From: Alphaproteobacteria bacterium
GTDB lineage: Bacteria > Pseudomonadota > Alphaproteobacteria > MPNO01
Length of the DNA: 64,000 nt
Direction of reading: 5' to 3'
Assembly (NCBI GenBank): GCA_965248835.1
Contig: CBDFLJ010000001.1
Coordinates: forward strand, 1,760,001-1,824,000
In this document: positions 48,287 to 61,479 of the stretch, in pieces
Numbering within the stretch: the first letter of the stretch is position 1
Layout of the letters: each line of letters begins with the position of its first letter
Position numbers and translations under genes: made by a program
Notes under the pieces: generated by a model
What the model saw: the letters and a program-made list of their open reading frames with translations, nothing else
Told to the model about the DNA's origin: nothing
The model's database searches: none

Positions 48287-49617
48287 GGGCCGTTCCCGCC
48301 TGCCGGCTCGCTCCGCGCGGCATTGGCCAGGACGGCGCGGTCCCAGATCACCTGAACCCGCGCCCCGCCGCCGGCGCCGTTCTCGAAGGCGATCGCGGCT
48401 CCGGTGCGCTGCAACAGAGTCCGAGCGATGAATATGCCCAGGCCCATGTGGCCTCCCCTGCCGGTTCGCGACGAAAGATAGGGCTCGCCCAACCGTTCCA
48501 GGAAGCGCGGCGGAAACCCCGGCCCGTCGTCTTCGACCGTCACGCGGATGCGATCACGGCTCCATCTTGTGGACACGGTGACTTCCGATCGCGCGAATTG
48601 CATCGCATTCTGCACCAGATTGCCGATTCCGTGAACGATTTCCGGCCGGTTGGGCACGATCGGAGGCTCCTTGGTGCCCGCGCCCTCCGGGCCCGAACGC
48701 ACCGCCAGCCGGATCGCGGCGTCCTCGTGGCGCGAGGCGGCGGCCTTGATCACCGCATCGAACGGCAGATCGGGATAGGGGACCGAGGCCGAGGCGTGGG
48801 AGGTGCTGCGCTCGAGGCTCGCCAGGATGTCGCGGCAGCGCTCGCTCTGGCTGATCAGGAGTTCGACGTCGGCTGCCATCGGGCTGTCCGGCCCGACTTC
48901 GCGGGCGAGCTCGCGGGTGACCAGCGCGATGGTGCCGAGCGGCGTTCCGAGCTCGTGCGCAGCCGCGGCCGCGATCCCGTCGAGCGTCGAGAGCTGCTGC
49001 TCCCGCGCCAGCGCAAGCTGGGTGGCGGCAAGCGCGTTGTGCATGTGCCGCGCTTCATCGGCGACGCGCCTCGTATAGGAGGCGAAGAACCCGATCCCCA
49101 GCGCCAGCGCGACCCACGAGCCCATCACGTAGGTCGGCGGCAGGGCGAAGCCGGCCGCGCCCCATGGCAGGGCGAGGTGATCCGTGGCGAGCAACGTGAT
49201 CGAGGCAAGGCCCAGGCCGCACAGCACGAGCGTGCTGCGCGGCCCGAGGATCGTCGCCGAGACCGTCAGCGGCGCCAGCAGCAGAAACGAGAACGGGTTC
49301 TCCAGCCCGCCGGTCAAATAGAGCAGGACCGTGAGCTGGACGATATCGAAGCCGAGCAGCGAGGCCGAGGCGACCTCGTTCAGCCGCTCGTGCGAGGGCG
49401 CGGCGATCGAGAGGGCCAGGTTGAGCAGCACCGATGCGCCAACCGCGGCGAACGTCGCGCCCAGCATGACCGGGAACCCGAGTCCGTAATGGACCACTAG
49501 GAGGGCCGCCGCCTGCCCGGCGATCGCCCCCCAGCGGATCAGCACCAGCGTGCCGAGCCGAACCCCATGAGTGGTGGTCAGGGCGTTCGGGTCGGGATGA
49601 GCGGTGTCTTCGAACAT
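48283..49617 (-). CDS. regB: RegB/PrrB/ActS redox sensor histidine kinase
   Basis: 'GGLENPF' quinone-binding motif, 'AAAAAHELGTPL', 'RCRDIL'. Confidence 0.95.
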   Translation of the reverse strand: MFEDTAHPDPNALTTTHGVRLGTLVLIRWGAIAGQAAALLVVHYGLGFPVMLGATFAAVGASVLLNLALSIAAPSHERLNEVASASLLGFDIVQLTVLLYLTGGLENPFSFLLLAPLTVSATILGPRSTLVLCGLGLASITLLATDHLALPWGAAGFALPPTYVMGSWVALALGIGFFASYTRRVADEARHMHNALAATQLALAREQQLSTLDGIAAAAAHELGTPLGTIALVTRELAREVGPDSPMAADVELLISQSERCRDILASLERSTSHASASVPYPDLPFDAVIKAAASRHEDAAIRLAVRSGPEGAGTKEPPIVPNRPEIVHGIGNLVQNAMQFARSEVTVSTRWSRDRIRVTVEDDGPGFPPRFLERLGEPYLSSRTGRGGHMGLGIFIARTLLQRTGAAIAFENGAGGGARVQVIWDRAVLANAARSEPAGGNGP

Positions 49618-49868
49618 GTCCTGACTCCATCCTCCTCGGCGGTACCCGGTCGCCTTGAGCGCAACCGCGGGCGTTTTCTCCCGCCCGGGCCAACGATATA
49701 GTGATCTCCGGGAGCGCTGCAGGCCAAGACCGGCGATATTCGTCGGCCCGGCCGGCCGACAGCGAAACTCCCGGCGGTCGATCGAAAGATGCGTGTCGTG
49801 CCAGAACATGTTCCGAACAGGCCGGGCCGGATCCGGGCCGCGTCGACCGCCGGCCGCGCCGGGGCGTG

Positions 49869-50657
49869 ATGCCGAACACAGGCCGTCGACAGCCCGCAGC
49901 AGTCGCCGATGCGATCAAGGTCGAAGGGCTGAGCAAGGATTTCGACGGGATCATCGCCGTTCAGGACCTCGACTTCTCGGTGGCAAGCGGCAGCACGGTG
50001 GCGCTTCTGGGCGGCAACGGGGCGGGCAAGACGACGACGATTTCGATGCTGCTGGGTCTGGTTACGCCGACCGCCGGGCGGATCGAGGTCCTCGGCGCGG
50101 ACATGATCGCCGACCGCCACGCGGTGCTGCCGCTGATCAACTTCTCCTCGCCCTATGTCGAATTGCCCAAACGGCTGAGCGTGCGCGAGAACCTGCGGGT
50201 CTATGGCACGCTCTACGGCGTCGTGCGGCTGCGCGAGGCGATCGACAGGATCACCGAGGATCTTGAACTCGCGGCATTCCTGGACCGGCCCTATGGCCAG
50301 CTTTCCTCCGGTCAGAAGACCCGGGTCGGTCTCGCCAAGTCGCTGCTCAACCGCCCGGCCCTGCTGCTGCTCGACGAGCCGACGGCATCGCTCGATCCCG
50401 AGACCGCCGATTGGGTGCGCGCCTATCTCGAGCGCTACCGCGAGAGCACGGGTGCGACGATGCTGATCGCCTCGCACAACATGGTCGAGGTCGAGCGTAT
50501 GTGCGACGACGTGGTGATGATGAAGGCCGGACGGCTGGTCGACCGCGGCGCGCCCAAATCGCTGATCGCCGCCTACGGCCGGGACAATCTCGAGCAGGTC
50601 TTTCTCGACATCGCCCGCACGCCGGCCGCGCCCGACGCCCCGGAAGCCCGCCGATGA
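49869..50657 (+). CDS. ABC transporter ATP-binding protein
   Basis: GGNGAGKT, LSSGQ, LLLDEP. Confidence 0.93.
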   Translation: MPNTGRRQPAAVADAIKVEGLSKDFDGIIAVQDLDFSVASGSTVALLGGNGAGKTTTISMLLGLVTPTAGRIEVLGADMIADRHAVLPLINFSSPYVELPKRLSVRENLRVYGTLYGVVRLREAIDRITEDLELAAFLDRPYGQLSSGQKTRVGLAKSLLNRPALLLLDEPTASLDPETADWVRAYLERYRESTGATMLIASHNMVEVERMCDDVVMMKAGRLVDRGAPKSLIAAYGRDNLEQVFLDIARTPAAPDAPEARR

Positions 50658-51493
50658 TCGGTCTTTCCGTCCAGCACCTCGGCCCCAACACGGGACTGCG
50701 CGGCTCGGTGCGCCGGATCGCGGCGATGGTGCTGCGCTACTTCTACCTGCTCAAGAGCTCCTGGGCGCGGGTGGTCGAGCTCGCCTATTGGCCGACCATG
50801 CAGATGCTGATCTGGGGGCTGATGACCGAGTTCCTGATGTCGCACAGCGCGTATTTCGTGCGGGCCGGCGGGGTGCTGATCGCCGCCGTCCTCCTGTGGG
50901 ATGTCCTGTTCCGGGGCAATCTCGGGGTATCGATCTCGTTCCTCGAAGAGATGTGGTCGCGCAATCTGGGCCAGCTTTTTGCAAGCCCGCTGCGGCCCTA
51001 CGAATGGGCGCTGTCGCTGCTGCTGATCAGCTTCCTGCGCACGCTGATCGGCATCCTCCCGGCGGCGGTGCTGGCGATTCCGGTCTATCATTTCTCGATT
51101 TTCGCGCTCGGCCTGCCGCTGGTGGTCTTCTTCTCCCAGCTTCTGGTCTTCGGGGCGGCGATCGGGCTCGCGGTTTCGGCACTGGTGCTGCGCTACGGGC
51201 TGGGCGCGGAGAGCCTGGCCTGGGTCGCGGTCTTCATCATTGCGCCGATCAGCGGCATCTACTATCCGATCGCGACGTTGCCCGATTGGGTCCAGCCGGT
51301 CGCGTTCGCCCTGCCCTCGGCCCATGTCTTCGAGGGCATGCGCGCGATCCTGGTCGACGGTGTCGTGGGGCTCGACCGGATGGTCTGGGCGGCTTGCCTG
51401 AATGTCCTCTACCTGGCGGCGGGGCTGGCGACGTTTCTGCATGTCTTCGGAATTGCGCGAAAACGCGGCATGCTGCTCCAGATGGGGGAGTGA
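50654..51493 (+). CDS. ABC-2 type permease
   Basis: Hydrophobic, 'FLEEMWSRN', 'YYPIATLP'. Confidence 0.9.
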   Translation: MIGLSVQHLGPNTGLRGSVRRIAAMVLRYFYLLKSSWARVVELAYWPTMQMLIWGLMTEFLMSHSAYFVRAGGVLIAAVLLWDVLFRGNLGVSISFLEEMWSRNLGQLFASPLRPYEWALSLLLISFLRTLIGILPAAVLAIPVYHFSIFALGLPLVVFFSQLLVFGAAIGLAVSALVLRYGLGAESLAWVAVFIIAPISGIYYPIATLPDWVQPVAFALPSAHVFEGMRAILVDGVVGLDRMVWAACLNVLYLAAGLATFLHVFGIARKRGMLLQMGE

Positions 51494-51545
51494 AGCGCGG
51501 GCTTGAACGAGTCGGGCGAACGGCCCAAATCGGTACAAACAGGAG

Positions 51546-52235
51546 ATGTCGATGACCGCTGTCCACAGATTCCCCCTCTTCGCGCTGGTGACCGCGCTGG
51601 CTCTCGTCCTTCACGCACCCGGCGCCCGGGCGGCCTCGGAGGCCCAGGCACTGGTGGACAAGGCGCGCCTGACCGTCCAGAAGATGTTCAAGCACCCCGA
51701 CACCAGGGCGATGCGCGACTGGGTGGACAAGGCCAGGGGCGTCCTGATCATTCCCAGCCTCCTGAAGGCCGGCTTCGTCATCGGCGGCGCAGGCGGCCGG
51801 GGTGTTCTGCTGTCCCGGAATTCCGCCAACGTCTGGAGCCAGCCGGCGTTCTATGCCATCGGCTCGGGCAGTTTCGGGCTTCAAATCGGCTTCCAGGACT
51901 CCGAGGTCATGCTGGTCCTCATGACCGACAACGCCCTGCAGGCGATCATCGATTCCCAGGTCAAGCTGGGCGCCGACGTCTCGGTCGCGGTCGGCCCGGT
52001 GGGCCTCGGCATTGAAGGGGCAACGACGACCAATCTCGGCGCCGACATCCTGGCCTACGCCTTGAACCGCGGGGCCTTTCTCGGCGCTTCGGTGGAGGGC
52101 TCCATCATCGTCGAACAACACGACCTCAACGCCAGCTATTACGGCCGCGGCGCGACGGTCCGCGGCATCGTCATCGAACGCAGATTCTCCAACCCCGCGG
52201 CGCTCGGCCTGGTCCGCGCGGTAGCGGGTAACTGA
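51546..52235 (+). CDS. Lipid-binding SYLF (Ysc84-like) domain protein
   Basis: Signal peptide, 'KAGFVIGGAGGRG', 'SFGLQIG', 'GASVEG'. Confidence 0.9.
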   Translation: MSMTAVHRFPLFALVTALALVLHAPGARAASEAQALVDKARLTVQKMFKHPDTRAMRDWVDKARGVLIIPSLLKAGFVIGGAGGRGVLLSRNSANVWSQPAFYAIGSGSFGLQIGFQDSEVMLVLMTDNALQAIIDSQVKLGADVSVAVGPVGLGIEGATTTNLGADILAYALNRGAFLGASVEGSIIVEQHDLNASYYGRGATVRGIVIERRFSNPAALGLVRAVAGN

Positions 52236-52245
52236 GCCGGCCAGC

Positions 52246-52800
52246 CTACTCCCGCACGCCGGCTGCGCGCAGGACGCGAACGATGGAACGCTGGTTGTTG
52301 CGCGCGGCCCAATCCAGGGCGGTGCGGCCGGTATAGTCGTGCCGCGTGGCATCGGCTTTGCGGTCCAGCAGGAGCTGGACGACCTCGAGGCGTCCTTCCG
52401 CGGCGGCCAGCATCAGCGGTGTGATGCCCTGGCGGTTCTCGGCGTCGATCTCCGCGCCGGAATCGAGCAGGATCTCGACCACGCCGGCATGGCCGCGCTG
52501 GGCGGCATAGGTCAGCGCCGTACCGCCGAGCCTGTCCTTGCGGTCGAGCTTTGCCTTGTGCTTGATCAACAGCTCGACCATATCCTCGTGGCCGGCCACG
52601 GATGCTACGATCAGCCCGGTCCTGCCGTAGGAATCGACGCGCTCCGGACTGACGCCCTCCTGCAGGTAGCGCTCGGCCGATTTGTAGTCGTCGTGTTCGA
52701 TTGCCTGGATCAGCTTGTCGGGGCCGAATATCTGGACCTCCGCGCCGGCGGTCCCCAGGCCCGTGAACAGTGCTAGAAAAACCGCCAGGGCGCCTCGCAT
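52246..52800 (-). CDS. Secreted ankyrin-repeat protein
   Basis: 'GRTGLIVA', 'GGTALTYAA', 'GITPLMLAA', 'GRTALDWAA'. Confidence 0.9.
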   Translation of the reverse strand: MRGALAVFLALFTGLGTAGAEVQIFGPDKLIQAIEHDDYKSAERYLQEGVSPERVDSYGRTGLIVASVAGHEDMVELLIKHKAKLDRKDRLGGTALTYAAQRGHAGVVEILLDSGAEIDAENRQGITPLMLAAAEGRLEVVQLLLDRKADATRHDYTGRTALDWAARNNQRSIVRVLRAAGVRE

Positions 52801-52950
52801 GCTCACAACTCCAACCTTCGATGAATTCCGTCCGCATCGAACCGGCACGACCGCAGCAGTTTGCCGCAGATGGTCCTTTTCCGCGACCGAACCTGGATAT
52901 ACAAGACGCATTGACCGCCCGGATCAAGGCGTTCGAGTGACGGGGAGACC

Positions 52951-53544
52951 ATGACTGATCGCAGGCTGACGCTGATCGTTTGCATTTTCTTCGCGGTAAC
53001 CGCCCTTGCCGCGATTGTGGCGGTCTATGCGTGGCGCAGCGACGGCGCGAGCGGAATCGCCAGGATCGGCGGCCCGTTCTCGCTGGTCGACCAGGACGGC
53101 CGCGCGCGGACCGACGCGGATTTTCGCGGCGGCTACATGATGATCTATTTCGGCTACACCTTCTGCCCCGATGTCTGCCCGACGGCGCTGTCCGACATGA
53201 TCGCGGCGGTCGACGAGCTGGGGCCGCTGGCCGAGCGCATTCAGCCGGTCTTCATCACCGTCGATCCGGCGCGCGACACGCCGGAAAGGCTCAAGTCCTA
53301 CGTGCCCAGCTTTCATCCGCGCCTGGTCGGCCTGTCCGGATCGGAAGCCCAGATCACCGCCGCCGCCAAGGTATACCGGGTCTACTACGCCAAGGCCGAG
53401 GATCCCGGGGCGGGGCCGGACTATTTGATGGATCACAGCTCGATCATCTACCTGATGGACCCCGACGGCCGCTACGTGACCCATTTCAGCCACGGGACCG
53501 GACCGCAGCAGATCGCCGAGCGGCTGCGCTCTCTGGTGTCCTGA
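52951..53544 (+). CDS. SCO1/SenC copper chaperone
   Basis: '[11 protein letters not shown]', 'MDHSS'. Confidence 0.93.
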   Translation: MTDRRLTLIVCIFFAVTALAAIVAVYAWRSDGASGIARIGGPFSLVDQDGRARTDADFRGGYMMIYFGYTFCPDVCPTALSDMIAAVDELGPLAERIQPVFITVDPARDTPERLKSYVPSFHPRLVGLSGSEAQITAAAKVYRVYYAKAEDPGAGPDYLMDHSSIIYLMDPDGRYVTHFSHGTGPQQIAERLRSLVS

Positions 53545-53560
53545 GCCTAAGGGAACCGCC

Positions 53561-53998
53561 ATGCTTGAAGAGGGATTCTGGCGCACCAAGACGCTCGAAG
53601 AGATGTCCCGGGACGAATGGGAAGCGCTGTGCGACGGCTGTGCGCGCTGCTGCCTGATCAAGCTCGAGGACGACGAGGCGGGCGAGATTCTCTACACCGA
53701 CATCGCCTGCCGCCTGCTCGACCACGGCACCTGCCGGTGCACGCGCTACGCCCAGCGGACCGCGCTGGTGCCCGATTGTGTGGATCTGACGCCGGAGCGC
53801 GTGCGTGCGCTGAAATGGCTGCCCTCGACCTGCGCCTACCGGCTGGTCGCCGAGGGAAAGGACCTCAATTGGTGGCATCCGCTGGTCTCGGGCAACCCGG
53901 ACACGGTGCGGATGGCCGGCGTCTCGGCCCACGGGCGGATCGTCCCGGAGAGCCGCGGCTGCGACCCGGAAGACCGCATCGTCGACTGGCCGGCCTGA
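53561..53998 (+). CDS. ycgN: YcgN family cysteine cluster protein (UPF0260)
   Basis: '[12 protein letters not shown]', 'WLPSTCAYR', 'WHPLVSG'. Confidence 0.9.
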   Translation: MLEEGFWRTKTLEEMSRDEWEALCDGCARCCLIKLEDDEAGEILYTDIACRLLDHGTCRCTRYAQRTALVPDCVDLTPERVRALKWLPSTCAYRLVAEGKDLNWWHPLVSGNPDTVRMAGVSAHGRIVPESRGCDPEDRIVDWPA

Positions 53999-54041
53999 TC
54001 CACCGCGGCGCGGCGCCGCAGCCGAGCACCAGGCCCGCCAT

Positions 54042-55946
54042 TCAGCGCTGCGTGTCGGGATATTCGTCCTCGTGGCCGAAAACGGCCCGAGTTTCCGGAA
54101 CCGCCGCGCGCGGCCGGCTCCGCGGTACCGCCGCCTTCATCACCGATTGCCAGATCCTGGCCGGCAGGCCGCCTCCGGTCACTTCGCGCATCGGCCGCCC
54201 GTCGTCGTTGCCGACCCACACCCCGGCCACCAGGTCGCCGGAAAAGCCGATGAACCAGGCATCGCGGAACCCCTGGCTGGTACCGGTCTTGCCGGCTTCG
54301 GACCCGTCCAGCCGGGCGGCGCGGCCGGTGCCCTTGCGCACCACCGTGCGCAGCATCGATTGCAGGACGGCCGCGCGCTCGGCCGAGATGACCCGCCGCG
54401 CGCCGGTGCCCGTGCGGCGATGGATCACCGTGCCGTTGGCGGTCTGCACCGTGCTCACCCCGAACGGCCAGACCGCGAGCCCGCCGTTCGCCACCGCCGC
54501 GTAGGCGGCCGTGAGCTCGATCAAGGTCACCTCGTTCGCGCCCAGCGCGAGCGCGGGATGGGCATTGAGCGGCGTGGTGATGCCGAGCCTGCGGGCGGCG
54601 CCGAGGACCGCGCCGCGGCCGGCCCGCTCGCTGACCTGGACGGCCACCGTGTTGACCGATTCGGCGAAGGCGCGCTCGATGCTGACCGGCCCGCGGAACC
54701 TGCCGTCATAGTTGCGCGGCGTCCAGCCGGCCACGCTGACGGGCTTGTCGACGAAGACATCGGCCGGCCTGAGCCCGGCCTCGAGCGCGGCGAGGTAGAC
54801 GAACAGTTTGAACGCCGAGCCCGGCTGGCGCAGCGCCTGGGTGGCGCGGTTGAACTGGCTGGCCGAATAGGCCCGTCCACCGACCATGGCGCGCACCGCG
54901 CCGTCGGTCGACATGATGATCATCGCGACCTGGCTGGCACCGGATTTGCCGCCCTCCGCGTCAAGCAGCGCGCGGGTCTTGTGCTCGGCCAAGCGCTGCA
55001 GGCGGGAATCCAGGGTGGTCGTGACCACCAGGTCCCGCGCGGTGGGCCCGACATAGCCGGTCGAGCGCGCGAGCGCCCAGTCGGCGAAATACCTTGCGCC
55101 GGGGCCGGTGCCCTCCATGTGCCGCAGCCGGCCGCGCCTGGCCTTGGCCGCCCGGGCGCGGGTCAGCACCCCGGCATCGACCATCGCGGCCAGCACCCGA
55201 TGGGCGCGCGCGGTCGCTGCCTCGGCATCGCGCACCGGCGAATAGCGCGACGGCGCCTTCAGCAGGCCGGCCAGTAACGCGGCCTCCAGCAGGTCGATCT
55301 TCTCGACCGGCTTGTCGAAATAGCGCCGCGCCGCGGCGCGGACGCCATAGGCGCCGGAGCCGAAATAGGCCCGGTTGGCATAGATCGCGAAGATCTGACG
55401 CTTGGTGAACCGCGCCTCCAGCCACAGGGCGACAATCGCCTCCTGAATCTTGCGTCGGATCGTCCGCTCGGGGCTCAGGAACAGGTTCTTGGCCAGTTGC
55501 TGGGTGATCGTGCTGCCGCCCTCGCGGATGCCGCCGGCGCGGATGTTGGCGACCGCCGCGCGCAAGATGCCCAGCACGTCGATGCCGGGATGCTCGAAGA
55601 AGCGGCGATCCTCCGTCGCGCTGACCGCTTGGATGAAGTAGGTTGGCAGGTCTTCGAAACGGGCCGGCCCGCCGTAGAGCTGGCCGTAGCGGGCCAGAAT
55701 GGCTCCGTCAGCCGTCCGCAGCAGCACCGCGGGATGGCGAGCCGGGGTCTCGAGCGAGGAGAGTTCGGGAAGATCCCAAGCATACCATGCTATGACGCCG
55801 CCGAGCCCGACCGCGAACCAGATCCCCAACACCAGGCTCCACCGCGCCAGACGCACGACCAACCGTCGAGGCGGCCGCCGGGGCCGGCCCGGCAGACCCG
55901 CGCGCGCGGGTCCGCTGCCCTGGCCCTTGGGGGATCGCCGTGCCAT
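54042..55946 (-). CDS. Class A penicillin-binding protein (PBP1A family)
   Basis: 'EDRRFF', 'GGSTITQQLAKN', SxxK (GSAFK), SxN, KTG. Confidence 0.93.
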   Translation of the reverse strand: MARRSPKGQGSGPARAGLPGRPRRPPRRLVVRLARWSLVLGIWFAVGLGGVIAWYAWDLPELSSLETPARHPAVLLRTADGAILARYGQLYGGPARFEDLPTYFIQAVSATEDRRFFEHPGIDVLGILRAAVANIRAGGIREGGSTITQQLAKNLFLSPERTIRRKIQEAIVALWLEARFTKRQIFAIYANRAYFGSGAYGVRAAARRYFDKPVEKIDLLEAALLAGLLKAPSRYSPVRDAEAATARAHRVLAAMVDAGVLTRARAAKARRGRLRHMEGTGPGARYFADWALARSTGYVGPTARDLVVTTTLDSRLQRLAEHKTRALLDAEGGKSGASQVAMIIMSTDGAVRAMVGGRAYSASQFNRATQALRQPGSAFKLFVYLAALEAGLRPADVFVDKPVSVAGWTPRNYDGRFRGPVSIERAFAESVNTVAVQVSERAGRGAVLGAARRLGITTPLNAHPALALGANEVTLIELTAAYAAVANGGLAVWPFGVSTVQTANGTVIHRRTGTGARRVISAERAAVLQSMLRTVVRKGTGRAARLDGSEAGKTGTSQGFRDAWFIGFSGDLVAGVWVGNDDGRPMREVTGGGLPARIWQSVMKAAVPRSRPRAAVPETRAVFGHEDEYPDTQR

Positions 55947-55985
55947 GACACAAAATGTAGTGTGTTTACCCCGGTGATACAAAGC

Positions 55986-59016
<3,031 letters not shown>

Positions 59017-60234
59017 TCATGAAGACACCGCGAGCGGTGCCAGCGCGCCGTCGCGAATGCTGAAATGCTGGGCCCGGACACCCAGGCCGTCGAACGGGCC
59101 GGGCTCGGTGCCGGTCATCCAGGCCTGGCTGCCGAGCGCCAAGATCTCCTCGAACAGCGCGCCGCGCCGGTCGGCATCGAGATGGGCCCCGACCTCGTCC
59201 AGCAGCAACAACGGCGCCGCGCCGCGTTCGGCCGCGCTGAGCCGCGCATGGCCCAGGATGATGCGGATCAGCAGCGCCTTCTGCTCGCCGGTTGAGCACC
59301 CGGCCGCAGGGCAGTCCTTGGCGAGATGGACGCAGAGGAGATCGCTGCGGTGCGGGCCGAAACGCGCGCGTCCGGCCTCGATATCGGCCGGGCGCAGGCT
59401 CGCCAACCGCGCGCGCACCGCATCCTCGACCGCCAACGCAGGCGCCTCGTCGAGCAGCGCCTCGACGGCGCCTTCGACCGCCACCGAGGCCGCGGGGAAC
59501 GGTCCGGTCGCCGCGCCGCAGACCTCGTCCAGCCGCCTCGCCAGGCTGCGCCTCGCCGCAGCAACCGCGACGCCGGCCTCCGCCATGGTGCCTTCCAGAG
59601 CCTCGAGCCAGGCGCCGTCGGCACGCGTGCCGTCGTCGCGCAACAACCGCGAGCGCTCGCGCATGGCATGTTCGTAGCGGTTGAGCCGCGTCGAATGCTC
59701 GCGGTCGGAGCCATAGACCAGCCGGTCCAGGAACCGCCGCCGGTCCGCCGCCGGTCCGTCGAACAAGCGGTCCATCTCCGGCGTGATCCAGCTCAGCGAG
59801 ACCCACCGGGTGAGCTCGCTCTGCGAGGCCGCATCGGCGCCGTCGATGCGCACGATCCGCCGCGCGCCCGCGCCCGCGCGCGCAGCCGGCGCGATCCCGG
59901 TGCCGATCTCGACCGCACCGTCGGCTGTCTCCAGCCGGGCGGCGACGGCCCAGCCTCCGCCTGCTGCCGTTCCATCGGCGGTCCTGCGGCTCACCTCGCC
60001 CAGCACGGCACCGCGCAAGCCACGGCCGGGGGCCAGAAATGACAGCGCTTCCAAGAGGTTGGTCTTTCCTGCTCCGTTGGGCCCGGTCAGCACGACCGGG
60101 CGTTGGTCGACGCTCAGCCGCGCTCTGGCATAGTTCCGGAAATCGGTCGCGGTCAGCCTGCTGACGGCCAGTCCGGGCCCGGGTGCTGCCGCCCGGCCAT
60201 GCGGCATGTCGGCGTGATGGGCTGCCGGGCTCAA
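59017..60234 (-). CDS. recF: DNA replication/repair protein RecF (start may be ATG at 60207)
   Basis: 'FRNY', GPNGAGKTN, 'STGEQK', 'LLLDEV'; synteny. Confidence 0.95.
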   Translation of the reverse strand: MSPAAHHADMPHGRAAAPGPGLAVSRLTATDFRNYARARLSVDQRPVVLTGPNGAGKTNLLEALSFLAPGRGLRGAVLGEVSRRTADGTAAGGGWAVAARLETADGAVEIGTGIAPAARAGAGARRIVRIDGADAASQSELTRWVSLSWITPEMDRLFDGPAADRRRFLDRLVYGSDREHSTRLNRYEHAMRERSRLLRDDGTRADGAWLEALEGTMAEAGVAVAAARRSLARRLDEVCGAATGPFPAASVAVEGAVEALLDEAPALAVEDAVRARLASLRPADIEAGRARFGPHRSDLLCVHLAKDCPAAGCSTGEQKALLIRIILGHARLSAAERGAAPLLLLDEVGAHLDADRRGALFEEILALGSQAWMTGTEPGPFDGLGVRAQHFSIRDGALAPLAVSS

Positions 60235-61349
60235 ACGCGCATCGGCATCAGGACGTAGAGCGCACCGGGATCGGACACGTCCCGGACCAGCGCCGAGGAC
60301 GCGCTGTCGGAGAACATGAACTGCGCCCCGTCGCTTTCGATCAGGCCGGCGATGTCCAGCAGGTAGCGCGAGTTGAAGCCGATCTCGAGCGGGCCGTCGG
60401 CGTAATCCACCTCGAGCCGCTCTTCGGCGTTTCCCGAATCCGGGCTCGAGGCGGACAGCACCAGCACGCCCTGATCCAGCCGCAACTTGACCGCGCGCGA
60501 CTTCTCGGTGGCGATGGTCGAGACCAGATCGACCGCCTTGGCGAAGTTCTTGGGATCGACCCGCAGCGCCTTGTCGTTGGCAAACGGGATGACCTTGTCG
60601 TAGTCGGGAAAGGTGCCGTCGATCAGCTTCGAGACGAGCACCGTGTTGCCGACGGCAATCCGCACCTTGGTGTCCGACAGCGCCATGGTCACGTCCTGTG
60701 CGCCGTCATCGAGCAGCTTGCGCACCTCGCCGACCGTCTTGCGCGGCACGATCACGCCGGGCATGCCCACCGCGCCGTCGGGCAGCGGCATCTCGACCCG
60801 GGCAAGGCGATGGCCGTCGGTGGCGACGATCCGCAGCACCTGGCCGGTATCGGTGTCGGCGGCGTGGACATAGATCCCGTTGAGATAGTAGCGGGTTTCC
60901 TCGACCGACATCGCGAACCGGGTGCGGTCGATGATGCCGCCGAGCGCCTCGGCGCTCAGCCTGAAGCTGTAGGGCAGTTCGCCCTCGGTCATGATCGGGA
61001 AGTCTTCGCTCGGCAGCGTCGTCAGCGCCAGGCGCGAGTGCCCGCAGCGCACCACGAGTTGGCTCTGCTGGCCGCCGCTGGCGATCTCGATCTCGGACCC
61101 CTCGGGCAGCTTGCGGACGATGTCGTAGAGCGTATGGGCGGGCACGGTAGTCGCGCCGGGCTGGACGAGGTTGCAGTCCACGCGCTCGACGATGGCCAGA
61201 TCCATATCGGTGGCCGTCATCGACAACGCGCCATCCGCGGCGTTGAGCAGGACGTTGCACAGAATCGGTATGGTGGTCCGCCGCTCGACCACGCCTTGGA
61301 CGTGCTGCAGCGACCTCAGCAACGCCCCGCGTTCGATCGTGAGCTTCAT
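60231..61349 (-). CDS. dnaN: DNA polymerase III beta clamp
   Basis: 'ETRYYLNG', 'ATDGHRL', 'GTFPDY', 'LMPMRV'. Confidence 0.98.
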   Translation of the reverse strand: MKLTIERGALLRSLQHVQGVVERRTTIPILCNVLLNAADGALSMTATDMDLAIVERVDCNLVQPGATTVPAHTLYDIVRKLPEGSEIEIASGGQQSQLVVRCGHSRLALTTLPSEDFPIMTEGELPYSFRLSAEALGGIIDRTRFAMSVEETRYYLNGIYVHAADTDTGQVLRIVATDGHRLARVEMPLPDGAVGMPGVIVPRKTVGEVRKLLDDGAQDVTMALSDTKVRIAVGNTVLVSKLIDGTFPDYDKVIPFANDKALRVDPKNFAKAVDLVSTIATEKSRAVKLRLDQGVLVLSASSPDSGNAEERLEVDYADGPLEIGFNSRYLLDIAGLIESDGAQFMFSDSASSALVRDVSDPGALYVLMPMRV

Positions 61350-61479
61350 GGTGCTGTGGCTTCCCGTTTGGACAAGAGCATCGCCGAATCGGAGTGTGCA
61401 GTATAGCACAAGCGATTGCCGCAACGGTAGGAATCGTCGTTCTCGGCCGCTGCAGGTGCGGCCGGGACGGGCGTCGGGC

